A stretch of DNA of 64,000 bases, from assembly GCA_965207455.1 (NCBI GenBank), contig CBDBMJ010000001.1, positions 1,280,001 through 1,344,000 on the forward strand, read 5' to 3'. Shown piece by piece: positions 9,455 through 19,624 of the stretch. This DNA comes from Bdellovibrionota bacterium (GTDB lineage: Bacteria > Bdellovibrionota > UBA1018 > CAIPTA01 > JAALKR01). The stretch's first letter is position 1. Each line of letters opens with the position of its first letter. A program made the translations under genes and the position numbers. Under the pieces are notes generated by a model. The model was given only the letters and a program-made list of their open reading frames with translations, was not told the origin of the DNA and did no database searches.

Positions 9455-11176
9455 ATGCTTCCGTACTACCGAGCCATAGCTAGCCTTCTTAGCTCCCACT
9501 TCTCCTGTGGAGAAGAAAAAATCCTAAGCTTGCTGGAACGTCCCCCAAACTCCCAACACGGAGATATTGCCCTACCCTGTTTTTTCTTTGCGAAAGAACT
9601 GCGCACCTCTCCCCCAAAAATCGCAAAAGACCTGGAAGCTACCCTATCCCTTCCAGAGGGCTTTTCCAGTATGAGTGCCCAGGGTCCCTATCTAAATTTC
9701 TCTCTGTCTTCCAGTAGTGTGTGGGGGTTTGCAAAGGAAGTGCTCACTCAACAGGAAGGCTTTGGAAAAAGCAACTTTGGACAAGGAAAGAAAGTGGTGA
9801 TTGAGTTCTCCAGCCCCAATCTAGCCAAGCCCCTTCATATTGGTCACTTTCGTAACACTATTTTAGGGCAGTCCTTAAGCAATATCTACAAAGCCACCGG
9901 TCATGAAGTTATAAAAATTAATCACCTAGGAGATTGGGGTAGTCAGTTTGGAAAAATAGCCTATAGCTTTTTACACTGGGGAAAAGAAAGTGAGCTTGCT
10001 GCAAACCCCATTGCCTACCTCACAACACTCTATGTTCGTTTCCACGAAGAAAGTAAAAAAAATCCTGACCTGGACAAAAAAGCCCAAGCGATTTTTAAAA
10101 AAATTGAAGAACGGGATCCAGAAATAATGGCCCTTTGGCAACGTTTTGTGGACATAAGCCTCAAGGACTTAAAAAAAATCTATCGTCGACTGCATGTGGA
10201 CTTCGACCACTACTGGGGGGAAAGTTTTTATGTGGATAAAATCGACTCTTTGCTGGAAGAATTAAAGGCAAAAAAATTATTAGTAAAAAGCGAGGGCGCT
10301 CAAGTGGTCCTCCTAGAGGATTTAGATGCCCCACCCTGCTTGATTATTACTAGCGAAGGCACCACCCTGTATGCCACCCGGGATTTAGCCGCTGCCATTT
10401 ATAGAAAAGAAAAATTACAGTTTGATTCTGCTCTCTATGTGGTGGGTAGTGAACAAAACCTACACTTTAAGCAGATTTTTGCCGTACTGGATCGTATGAA
10501 CCATGCTTGGTCCAAGAACCTCCATCATGTGAGCTATGGACTCTACCGGTTCAAAGATGGAAAGCTTAGTACACGGGCAGGAAAAATTGTACTTCTCCAG
10601 GATGTCATCGATCAAGCTGTCCAGAAAGTGCGTGCTCTTATGCAAGAGAAAAATCCGGATCTGGAGAACCAAGAAGAAATTGCGGAAATGGTGGGTCTTG
10701 GAGCTCTTATCTATAACGACCTTTCCACAGACCGAAATAAGGATGTGGAATTCGACTGGAAGCGTATTTTAGATTTGGAGGGAGACACGGGGCCTTACCT
10801 ACAATACTCCTACGCACGAGCCTCTTCTATTTTAAGAGAAGCGAAAAAACAGGGCTATACCCTGGGGAAAACTCCGAGCAAGTCCTGCCCCCATACTCTT
10901 ATCTCTTGTCCCGAAGCCATGACTCTACTAAAAAGTTTTGGCGAGATGGAAAGAACTCTACTGGGAGCTGTTCGTCTACAAAAACCATCCATAGTAGCCC
11001 ACTACGCCCTAGACGTAGCCAAAAACTTTCATTCCTTTTATAATTCCGTCAAAGTATTGGATCCAAACATTAAAAGAACAGAGGTGGAGGATCGTATTTC
11101 CGTGGTGGAAGCTAGCTGCCTAGTAATGAAAAGTACTTTTCACTTACTCTGTATGGGTGCCCCTTCCAAAATGTAG
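9455..11176 (+). CDS. argS: Arginine--tRNA ligase
   Basis: EFSSPNLAKPLHIGH, NHLGDWGSQFG, KLSTRAG, GDTGPYLQY, C-terminal PSKM. Confidence 0.98.
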   Translation: MLPYYRAIASLLSSHFSCGEEKILSLLERPPNSQHGDIALPCFFFAKELRTSPPKIAKDLEATLSLPEGFSSMSAQGPYLNFSLSSSSVWGFAKEVLTQQEGFGKSNFGQGKKVVIEFSSPNLAKPLHIGHFRNTILGQSLSNIYKATGHEVIKINHLGDWGSQFGKIAYSFLHWGKESELAANPIAYLTTLYVRFHEESKKNPDLDKKAQAIFKKIEERDPEIMALWQRFVDISLKDLKKIYRRLHVDFDHYWGESFYVDKIDSLLEELKAKKLLVKSEGAQVVLLEDLDAPPCLIITSEGTTLYATRDLAAAIYRKEKLQFDSALYVVGSEQNLHFKQIFAVLDRMNHAWSKNLHHVSYGLYRFKDGKLSTRAGKIVLLQDVIDQAVQKVRALMQEKNPDLENQEEIAEMVGLGALIYNDLSTDRNKDVEFDWKRILDLEGDTGPYLQYSYARASSILREAKKQGYTLGKTPSKSCPHTLISCPEAMTLLKSFGEMERTLLGAVRLQKPSIVAHYALDVAKNFHSFYNSVKVLDPNIKRTEVEDRISVVEASCLVMKSTFHLLCMGAPSKM

Positions 11177-11884
11177 GCATGCCCTTACCGGTGAAAAGCT
11201 TATTCGATGCTCCTTACAAGGACCATACTGCTGCAATAGCTCTTTGTGACGAGGAGTGGGATATCCCTTATGGGTTGTAAAATCGTATAAAGGAAATTTT
11301 TTGTTTAATTTTTCCATATACCTATCTCTCGAAACTTTTGCCAATATGGAGGCTGCTGCAATGGATACGGATTTTTGATCTCCCTTAATATAACAAATTT
11401 CCTGGAGCCGTTGTTGCTGAAAAAAATCTCTTAATCTGGGGAATTGTTTTCCATAAGTTGGGTTATGTATAAAAAGGTCTGCTCTTCCAATGATGGGTAC
11501 TTTTCCGTCGGATAGAAATACAGTATTTTCTGGTGTGGCAGCATGTGTTTTTTGAAGGATTGCCTCCACTGCCCTCGCTGCTGCCAATGAAGTGGCTCGA
11601 GAAATATTCCAAGTATCGATTTCCTCTCTTTTTGCGGAACCCGTGGCAAACAACCAAGCCGAGGACTGAATCTCTTCATACATACACTCTCGCCTCTCAG
11701 GTGTGAGTTGTTTAGAATCCCGCACAGGGGGTGCGGAATGGATGCTAGGAGACCATGCTAAGGCTGCTGCATATACGGGACCAGCCAAGCACCCCCGCCC
11801 AGCTTCATCTATGCCAAACACATGGCGTATACCTTTATTCCAAAGAAAGGTTTCCTCATTAAGCGTGGGGTGAGAGTTTTTCAT
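11144..11884 (-). CDS. rnhB: Ribonuclease HII
   Basis: GIDEAGRGCLAGPV, DSKQL, KGD..SIAAASILAKVSRD, HKGYPT, HRISF. Confidence 0.96.
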   Translation of the reverse strand: MKNSHPTLNEETFLWNKGIRHVFGIDEAGRGCLAGPVYAAALAWSPSIHSAPPVRDSKQLTPERRECMYEEIQSSAWLFATGSAKREEIDTWNISRATSLAAARAVEAILQKTHAATPENTVFLSDGKVPIIGRADLFIHNPTYGKQFPRLRDFFQQQRLQEICYIKGDQKSVSIAAASILAKVSRDRYMEKLNKKFPLYDFTTHKGYPTPRHKELLQQYGPCKEHRISFSPVRACLHFGRGTHTE

Positions 11885-11888
11885 AGAA

Positions 11889-13613
11889 TTAGGAACTTTT
11901 AGATATTTCCCTATCCAGTACATCCACAGCCGCAGCGATAACAGGCTCTTCCAAGCTCCAATCCAGCCTTCCTCGACGGAATAAATCCTTTAAGCCAAGG
12001 GTGCCTCCCACTGCTAGAGAGCTTTTATAATCCTTTAGGGCTTCCTTGGGATCTTCTTTATACTTCCTTAAAAACTGGAGTGCTCCTATTTGAGCAATTC
12101 CATATTCAATATAGTAGAAAGGTACGGTGAAAATATGGGGTATTCGCTGCCAACTAGTGGACTGGTACTCCTCTTCCCCGGTTATATCCAATATAGATGG
12201 ACGATAGGCATCGCCAAGTTCCTTCCATTTTTTGTCTCTACAAACAGCGTCTCCTCCCTCTTCATGGGTATACAGCCAGTGTTGAAAAGCATCTATTTTC
12301 GCTACCTGTATAAGTAGATTTGGAATAGCAAGTAAAGTTTGACGAATCAGCTGTCCTACAGCTTTCGGATCAAATGCTTTTTTCAAAGAGGATAAGCTCA
12401 TGAGTTCCATACTCATACTTGCCACTTCAGAATATTCCATGGGTGCCCTTATTTGAAAAGGATCCTGCTCTCTAGCAAGAAAGCTATGAAACGAATGACC
12501 ACTTTCGTGAATCAGAGTAGTTACATCACGATGGGCACCAACGGCATTCATAAAAATAAACGGCAGGCGGCTTTCTAAAAGAAAAGCTTGGTATCCTCCA
12601 GGTGCCTTTCCCACGCGGTTTTCTAGATCAAATAATTTTCTATCATGTAAAACTTTGTAAAAAGAAGCCAACTCCTCGTCCACATCCTGGAACAAAGTAT
12701 ACGTTTTCTTTTTTAATTCTTCCACATTGGCAAAAGGAGAATGGAAGGCTTCCCGGGTAATGTCTACAGATAAATCCCAGGAACGAAGGGAAGATAGGTT
12801 TAGTTTTTCTTTACGTTCTTCATATAACTTTTCCAGAAGAGGCAGCACATATTCTTTCACCCCACTGTAAAGGTTGGTACAGTCGCTAGGAGTGTAATCG
12901 TAGCGGTGTTTCGATTGAAACATATAATCTCGATAATTATCAAAGCCTGCATTTTTTGCCACCTGCCTTCGCTCAATAAGCATCTCATCAAATATGGCAT
13001 CTAAGACCGGCTTAACTTCTAGCTGTTTTTGGGTGTTTAATTTATAGGCTTTTTCTCGCCGATTCCGATCCAGACTATTCTGTTCCAAAGCAAGTTTTTG
13101 GAGAGTAATTGTGCTGCCCTCCCAGTCCACAGTTAGGGAAGATCGCAATTCATTATTTTTCTGGGATAGGTTCTCAATCTTTGTAAAGAGAGGTATATTT
13201 TTAGAAGAGTATATAGATGTATTTGTCTCTAGTTTTTTTAATAGCAAGGGAGATTCTTTTCTACTGCGCTCCTTAAGAAATACATTGCTCAAAAGTTTTT
13301 CTGTTAGAGCTTGATCTTTCTCTGTATAAATAGGATTAATCTTTTCTATAAAAAATTTAAAACGATCTGCTATTTTTTTATCCTTCGTATCACAAGTGGA
13401 GTGAATATAACGAATCATATACTCTTCATCAATCATAGACTCTAACTCACGACACGCCCGGTGCCAATCGATAGCCATTTCATCCGTTGTAATTTCTTTT
13501 TGCAAGAGGGTATTATAGCAGGCAGAGAGGGATTCCGTGGAGTCCCACTGTATACCTTGGGGAAAAAACTCCCGCTCTTTATAGGGTTTTAAATGACTGA
13601 AATCTATACTCAC
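11889..13613 (-). CDS. M3 family oligoendopeptidase (PepF-like)
   Basis: GKAPGGY, HESGHSFH zinc motif, EVASMSME, PFYYIEY. Confidence 0.93.
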   Translation of the reverse strand: MSIDFSHLKPYKEREFFPQGIQWDSTESLSACYNTLLQKEITTDEMAIDWHRACRELESMIDEEYMIRYIHSTCDTKDKKIADRFKFFIEKINPIYTEKDQALTEKLLSNVFLKERSRKESPLLLKKLETNTSIYSSKNIPLFTKIENLSQKNNELRSSLTVDWEGSTITLQKLALEQNSLDRNRREKAYKLNTQKQLEVKPVLDAIFDEMLIERRQVAKNAGFDNYRDYMFQSKHRYDYTPSDCTNLYSGVKEYVLPLLEKLYEERKEKLNLSSLRSWDLSVDITREAFHSPFANVEELKKKTYTLFQDVDEELASFYKVLHDRKLFDLENRVGKAPGGYQAFLLESRLPFIFMNAVGAHRDVTTLIHESGHSFHSFLAREQDPFQIRAPMEYSEVASMSMELMSLSSLKKAFDPKAVGQLIRQTLLAIPNLLIQVAKIDAFQHWLYTHEEGGDAVCRDKKWKELGDAYRPSILDITGEEEYQSTSWQRIPHIFTVPFYYIEYGIAQIGALQFLRKYKEDPKEALKDYKSSLAVGGTLGLKDLFRRGRLDWSLEEPVIAAAVDVLDREISKSS

Positions 13614-13662
13614 AAATAATGACTAACATAGGGAAAATAAAAGGTCTAGGAACGGTGCAACT

Positions 13663-14964
13663 TTAGAATTTCCAAGTGACCACAATGAAGGTTGCTGTCT
13701 GTTCATAATTATCTTCTGGAGTATTCTCAAATTCTCTCTCCTTTTTGGTTCTTTGAACTGAAACAGATAGAACCTCTGATACAGGAACTTTTACTCCAAA
13801 TTTACTTTCCTGTTCAGTCTTGCTGGATCCATTTTTATTATCCATTTTATAAAAAAACTCGGGCTTATACTTCCAGTCTAGAGTCCATGAAAGACCTACA
13901 CCATATTGAGTAAAATACCCGGAGTGATTTTCACTTGACTCCTTTCTCTTAAAGGATTCATATCCAGGACCAATATAGGGAGTGATATTTATATTATTGT
14001 CAAAAAGATTGGTGAAAGCATGATTCAAAAGACTAGCAACTGAGTCTTCCTCATATTCATCTTCAGTAACAAATTTATAACGAATTTTTATATCTGAATT
14101 AAATATAACGTCAGAACTATTTACTCCAATTTCTCCAGATCTTCTTTTAAAATCAATCTCTGTATCGCCTTTTCGAGAGTTAGATGTATAATAAGTTACC
14201 TTCATAAAAAGCACATTCTTATCATTAATATTACAGTTTGCCTCTCCATTTATTTTATATATCTCCTGTTCAAAGTCACGTCGACTATCGGAATTAAAAT
14301 TCACAGAACCACTTACTTTACCATCAATATTAAATCTATAGCATCGTTCATTTGTTCGCCTATTAGTTTCAATTTCTTTTGTATTTACACTTGTATTTTC
14401 CATTTTAATCGTACGTACCTTGAAGCGACTTAAAAATAAAAGCGACCGACTCCCTGGATACTCCTTCAACAGCTCATCTCTTAACTCTAAAACTCCCTTG
14501 CTGCTTCCCTTGGGATTTAAAGAAGCCCGTGATGCTAACAAAAGTCGCATGATAGGATAGCAAGTCGAGGATACACTTTTATATAGTGCCGTCTCATTCT
14601 TACTATCCAAAAAGTCCATCCGGCTTTTATTTTGAGATAAATATTGAGCAAAGGCATTCAAACCATCCTCCCTCAATTGACCGCTAAAATAAAAGTTGTA
14701 TTCTGCATTGTAACTAGCAGCCAATCGGCTAAGTGCCTCTGCTTGACAATTTTCTGCGGCTTCCATAAAAAAGTTTTTCTTTTTCTTTGTCTGTTCAGCA
14801 TCTAAAAAATAATGAACACTATCTCCATCACTAATCTTTACTCCAAAAAGTGCCCGCACTAAAGAGGGCTCTTCTGCCATGGATATGCCAGAAACAAAAG
14901 TGGAATAAAGAATCACTAAAAATAAAGGCTTACTCCATATTGATCGTTGTTTTTTCATTTTCAT
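13663..14964 (-). CDS. Exported protein: ankyrin-like repeat region fused to a DUF481-like beta-barrel
   Basis: AAGGAG RBS; signal peptide; D.KNETALYKSV...IMRLLLASRASLN ankyrin-like repeat; beta-strand C-terminus ending VVTWKF. Confidence 0.55.
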   Translation of the reverse strand: MKMKKQRSIWSKPLFLVILYSTFVSGISMAEEPSLVRALFGVKISDGDSVHYFLDAEQTKKKKNFFMEAAENCQAEALSRLAASYNAEYNFYFSGQLREDGLNAFAQYLSQNKSRMDFLDSKNETALYKSVSSTCYPIMRLLLASRASLNPKGSSKGVLELRDELLKEYPGSRSLLFLSRFKVRTIKMENTSVNTKEIETNRRTNERCYRFNIDGKVSGSVNFNSDSRRDFEQEIYKINGEANCNINDKNVLFMKVTYYTSNSRKGDTEIDFKRRSGEIGVNSSDVIFNSDIKIRYKFVTEDEYEEDSVASLLNHAFTNLFDNNINITPYIGPGYESFKRKESSENHSGYFTQYGVGLSWTLDWKYKPEFFYKMDNKNGSSKTEQESKFGVKVPVSEVLSVSVQRTKKEREFENTPEDNYEQTATFIVVTWKF

Positions 14965-15376
14965 ATTTTCTCCTTCGGTGATAATTAATAATGCACAATA
15001 CCATAAATAGACAATAAGTGTCAACCCCCTTTACATTTTCTTGCCAAAAAAAAATCCATATAAAAAACAGATAGTTAGAGAAATTAAGGCAGGCATGCGC
15101 ATGGAAAGATAAGAAAAGCCTGCCAAGAGCATCCAACCTTTTTACTCCACAAACCTAGAAAAACAACCACCCCACTGCTCGCCTTTGGGCCAAAAAACCT
15201 TAAGCTTTACATTATGTATGGAGGGTTGCTCTTCCAGTATCAACATAACAGAAATAAAAATAGAGCAAAATTCGAGGGCGCCGTGTTGAAATCTGCAGAA
15301 TTAGAAAAAATAGTGGGTATATCCCTGTTTCAATGGTATTTAGAGAAAGGTCAGTAAATAAAAAGGTGATTTTTTT

Positions 15377-15583
15377 ATGCCAACAACCGATACTAATAAT
15401 GTGAGTACAAAAACAAAAAAAAAGTGCGAGCCTGAAAGAACGGATCTTTTCTTTAAATTTTTTGTGAAAGGACGCATCAACGAGCCTTTTACTGATCCTG
15501 AATACTTAATAGATCATGAGTATGCAAAAAAAATCCAGAAGTTAGTAAAAGCCAAGGGCAAAAAGAGAAAAGCAAAAAAGTAA
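15377..15583 (+). CDS. Small basic hypothetical protein
   Basis: AAGGTG RBS; stop 6 nt before the next gene. Confidence 0.5.
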   Translation: MPTTDTNNVSTKTKKKCEPERTDLFFKFFVKGRINEPFTDPEYLIDHEYAKKIQKLVKAKGKKRKAKK

Positions 15584-15589
15584 GGCTAA

Positions 15590-15953
15590 GTGATCCCTGT
15601 TTACTCCACAAGCCTAGAGAACTATATAATAGCTCCATATTTAGATAGTTGGCTCTGGGTCATTCCTGGTTTACTTTTTCTTTGGTATTTTAATCGTGCA
15701 AGACCTATCAATAATATTGGACTAGATGGTTGGAGATATTTTTTTCTTTATCTCTGTTGCACTCCTCTATGAGGCAAAAATTCATAAAACGAGATTCATC
15801 CGTCGATTTCTCAATATACTAATCTTGATAATCACATTTCCTTTACTTACTTACTTACATCTCCAATATATCTCGGAATATATACCTGAAATGTACTATA
15901 AGAATAATCTTAGAGAATTACTAGCAAGATTACTTTTTCAGCAAAAAAACTGA
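15590..15953 (+). pseudogene. Truncated, internally deleted copy of the 18485..19324 membrane-protein gene
   Basis: 15553-15909 is near-identical to 18448-18890 apart from an 86-bp deletion and scattered substitutions; the 3' half is missing. Confidence 0.9.
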
Positions 15954-16087
15954 GTTCTGTAGTTTACTCTCTCACAACCGTCCCTGGAATTTTTTTAACC
16001 CAAATTCACACAAAACATTAAACGGACAATTTCCCTGAAATAGGGGAGATATTATTGGAAGATCGGGAAACATTCTAAAAGGTTAAA

Positions 16088-16210
16088 TTATTTTTGATCA
16101 AAACGCATGATTATTTTTCATACACGGTATTGGAGTTCAAATGAAGAATTTTTTAACACTCTTTCTTGTATTTATTTTTTCTTTGACACGAATTCTCTCC
16201 GTTTCACAAA
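16088..16210. repeat. 123-bp repeat upstream of surface lipoprotein gene, copy 1 (copy 2 at 19406-19528)
   Basis: Direct sequence comparison; contains TTGACA at 16183-16188. Confidence 0.9.
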
Positions 16211-16289
16211 ACTCACAGTAAAGAAAACTTTGCATTCAACCGAAAGGAATAATGGAAGGTTAACGTAATAAAATTAAGGAGAGATTCCC

Positions 16290-18380
16290 ATGTATCACTT
16301 TCTATTTTTCTTTAGAGCAATGTTTTTTCGAGTAAAGTCCATAATAGTACTGTTGTCCTCTATTTTTATACTGAGTGGCTGTAGCAACGGCATTGGCATT
16401 GATATTTTAGGGAGTTCGGTAAAGATACCGATTTTATCGCTTGTAACGGCAAGCCCGTCAAATGATGGAAATCCTATTTTTAAAGTAGAAAATCTAGAGG
16501 AAGATGGAATTGTAAGTATTTACTCTGATCCAGATTGTACGCAAGAGATTGAAATAGATTCAGACTCAATTACTTCTATTGGAACTGACGAAATAAGTTT
16601 AAATCTTTTCAATGAAATTTCTGGAGATGATGATTATTCTTACTATGCAAAACAGATAAAAGATGATGAGAGTTCCCCTTGTTCTTCTGGTGTCATATAT
16701 ACACTAGATACCATGGCTTCCGAACCTACGTTAGATTTGGCTCAAGGAACCGTCAGTCCATCAAGTAATAAAACACCTAGTTTTATGGTGTCTAATGTAG
16801 AAAATGGAGCATTGGTTAGTCTACACACAGATAGTAGTTGCAGCAGTGATTCAGTAGCATCAGACACATCTGATGGTGACTCTATTGTATTAAGAATAGA
16901 GACTGATCTAAGTGTCGATGGAACCTATACCTATTATGCAAAACAGGTGGATAGAGCTGGTAATATTTCTGGCTGCTCCAGTGCAGGTGTGGATTATGAA
17001 TTGAATACAGATCCATTGCTACCAAGGATAGAGTTGGCGCAAGGAACCGTCAGTCCATCAAATAGTAACACAGCACCTAGTTTTACTGTCTCTAATTTAG
17101 AAGATGGAGCATTGGTTAGTCTACACACAGATAGTAGTTGCAGCAGTGATTCAGTAGCATCAGGCACCGCCAGTGGTGGCTCTATTGTACTGACAATTAC
17201 TCTAATTAACGATGGAATCTATACTTATTATGCAAAGCAAGTGAATACAGAGAACAATATTTCTCCTTGCTCCAATGATGCAAGTTATACATTAGATAGA
17301 CAAAGACCTGTTGTACCCACGTTATCACTAGCAACATCTACTCCTTTTAATGATTCTACTCCAACGTTTAGTCTGGGAAATTTAGAGATTGGATCTAGTG
17401 TTGGATTATATTCTGACGATAGCTGCAACACTTTGGTGGAGACCACGAGTGCAGTAACAGAAGTGAGTATGGAAATAGCATTATCTACACCGTTGGCTAA
17501 TTATGGCATCTATTCTTATTTTGCAAAACAGGAGGATGGGGCTGGCAATGCCTCGGACTGCTCCAATGCGGTGATCTATGAATTTGTCAATACTAGTTTT
17601 AACTCCATTTGGCGTGTTGGAGACTCGGAATATGGAGATGGAAGTCTAAGTGTGACCCTTCCTCTAAGAGAGGGATATGAATACGATTTTACTGTTGATT
17701 GGGGTGATGGTTCTCAACTTCAAGCAGTTACTGCGTATAGTGCTACTATTACTCATGACTATGCAAATGCAGGAGACTACACAATTAAAATAACAGATCC
17801 AAAGTTTCCAGCTTGGTATTTTAATAATAAAGGAGATAAGAATAAAATTATTGAGGTAAAAAACTTTGGAATAGTGGGTTGGGAAAATTTGGAGCGTGCT
17901 TTTCATGGTTGCTCAAAACTTACTAAATTTACTGCAGGCACCACAGATACCTCTGGCGTAACGAGTATGTATAATATGTTTCGCAAGGCTTCGAGTTTAA
18001 CTGAACTTGATTTATCTAGTTTTAATACATCTAGTGTAACGAGTATGAGCAATATGTTTCGCGAGGCTTCGAGTTTAACTGAACTTGATTTATCTAGTTT
18101 TAACACCTCTAGTGTAATCACTATGACTAGTATGTTTACTAATGTTTCGAGTTTAATATCCCTTGATTTATCTAATTTTGATGTTTCCAATGTAACGGCT
18201 ATGGATAGTATGTTTTATGACACTCCCGATTTACTATCCCTTGATTTAAGAAGTTGGAACCCCAACAATGCGGTGAGTAAATATAATATATTTGGAAGCA
18301 CGAACGATTATAACAATTATCTTGTTATAAAATGTAGTGCTACCCCTATTTTGGGTAAAGCCTGCGCCGTATCGCAATAA
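16290..18380 (+). CDS. Surface lipoprotein: four Cys-containing Ig-like repeats, PKD-like domain, BspA/DUF285-type leucine-rich repeats
   Basis: LSGC lipobox; ~98-aa repeats (PSFxVSN...SLHTDxxC...YTYYAKQxD...SxCS); FTVDWGDG; 26-aa repeats LTELDLSSFNTSSVTSMxNMF. Confidence 0.88.
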   Translation: MYHFLFFFRAMFFRVKSIIVLLSSIFILSGCSNGIGIDILGSSVKIPILSLVTASPSNDGNPIFKVENLEEDGIVSIYSDPDCTQEIEIDSDSITSIGTDEISLNLFNEISGDDDYSYYAKQIKDDESSPCSSGVIYTLDTMASEPTLDLAQGTVSPSSNKTPSFMVSNVENGALVSLHTDSSCSSDSVASDTSDGDSIVLRIETDLSVDGTYTYYAKQVDRAGNISGCSSAGVDYELNTDPLLPRIELAQGTVSPSNSNTAPSFTVSNLEDGALVSLHTDSSCSSDSVASGTASGGSIVLTITLINDGIYTYYAKQVNTENNISPCSNDASYTLDRQRPVVPTLSLATSTPFNDSTPTFSLGNLEIGSSVGLYSDDSCNTLVETTSAVTEVSMEIALSTPLANYGIYSYFAKQEDGAGNASDCSNAVIYEFVNTSFNSIWRVGDSEYGDGSLSVTLPLREGYEYDFTVDWGDGSQLQAVTAYSATITHDYANAGDYTIKITDPKFPAWYFNNKGDKNKIIEVKNFGIVGWENLERAFHGCSKLTKFTAGTTDTSGVTSMYNMFRKASSLTELDLSSFNTSSVTSMSNMFREASSLTELDLSSFNTSSVITMTSMFTNVSSLISLDLSNFDVSNVTAMDSMFYDTPDLLSLDLRSWNPNNAVSKYNIFGSTNDYNNYLVIKCSATPILGKACAVSQ

Positions 18381-18484
18381 GAGATCTCCTGACTTAATCT
18401 TTATGTAAAGAAAACTTTGTATTCAGCCGAAAGGAGTAATAACAAGTCAAGGGCAAAAAGACAAAAGCAAAAAAGTAAGGCTAA

Positions 18485-19324
18485 GTGATCCCTGTTTACT
18501 CCACAAGCCTAGAGAACTATATAATAGCTCCATATTTAGATAGTTGGCTCTGGGTCATTCCTGGTTTACTTTTTCTTTGGTATTTTAATCGTGCAAGACC
18601 TATCAATAATATTGGACTAGATGGTTGGAGATATTTTTTTGCTCTAGTATTTATTGGATCCATTACCTTTACTTTAGTCCAATACATCCCCTATAGAATT
18701 CTTCTAAATTCCTTACTTATTTTTTTCTTTATCTCTGTTGCACTCTTCTATGGGGCAAGATTTCACAGGATGAGACTCATCACTCAATTTCTTAATATAC
18801 TAATCTTGATAATCACATTTCCTTTACTTACTTACATACATCTCCAATATATCTCGGAATATATACCTGAAATGTACTATAAGAATAATCATCTATTCAA
18901 CATCTTTCTTGCATCTTTAACTTCGTTATTCCTTTCCCAAATCCTTAGTTATCCCCCTATTGCAAACTGGTTATTCCCACACATATCTGACCTACTACTA
19001 AAGAAATGTGTGGAAATGGACAATAGTAAAGATCAAGAAGATAAAATTGCAATAATTACATTGGAGAACAATAAAGCTTATATTGCTTGGCTTTCAGAAT
19101 TTTTTGAAAAAGAAAATTTAGATATTGAAAAGCAAATCATAACAATTATACCCATAATGAGTGGTTATCGAAAGGGAGAAGATCAGAAAATCAGGTGGAA
19201 TGTGAAGTATCCCATAGATAAAGATGAAGATCCTAATAAATCTATCTCTCTATTAATACCCAGATCTGAAATAGTGACATTTTCTAAGTTTAATGAAAAT
19301 TTTCATGCTTCTGAAAACTCCTAA
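18485..19324 (+). CDS. Multi-pass membrane protein with soluble C-terminal domain
   Basis: About five TM segments, then ITLENNKAYIAW...IIPIMSGYR. Confidence 0.75.
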   Translation: MIPVYSTSLENYIIAPYLDSWLWVIPGLLFLWYFNRARPINNIGLDGWRYFFALVFIGSITFTLVQYIPYRILLNSLLIFFFISVALFYGARFHRMRLITQFLNILILIITFPLLTYIHLQYISEYIPEMYYKNNHLFNIFLASLTSLFLSQILSYPPIANWLFPHISDLLLKKCVEMDNSKDQEDKIAIITLENNKAYIAWLSEFFEKENLDIEKQIITIIPIMSGYRKGEDQKIRWNVKYPIDKDEDPNKSISLLIPRSEIVTFSKFNENFHASENS

Positions 19325-19405
19325 GGCTAAATAGTTTTTATTTTTCTTTCTGCAACCTATACACAAACAAATATCGCAAATAGATCCGGGCCACATTTTG
19401 CTGCT

Positions 19406-19528
19406 TTATTTTTGATCAAAACGCCTGATTATTTTTCATACACAGTATCAGAACTCAAACTAAGAATTTTTCAACACTATTTCTTGTATTTATTTTTTCT
19501 TTGACACGAATTCTCTCCGTTTCACAAA
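19406..19528. repeat. 123-bp upstream repeat, copy 2
   Basis: Matches 16088-16210. Confidence 0.9.
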
Positions 19529-19624
19529 TTTTGCAACAAAAAGTTAAGACAATTCTAAATTGTTCCGAAACATTGTATAGCTAACAAATTATTGGATTTG
19601 AAAAATAACAAGGAGGTATTTTAA

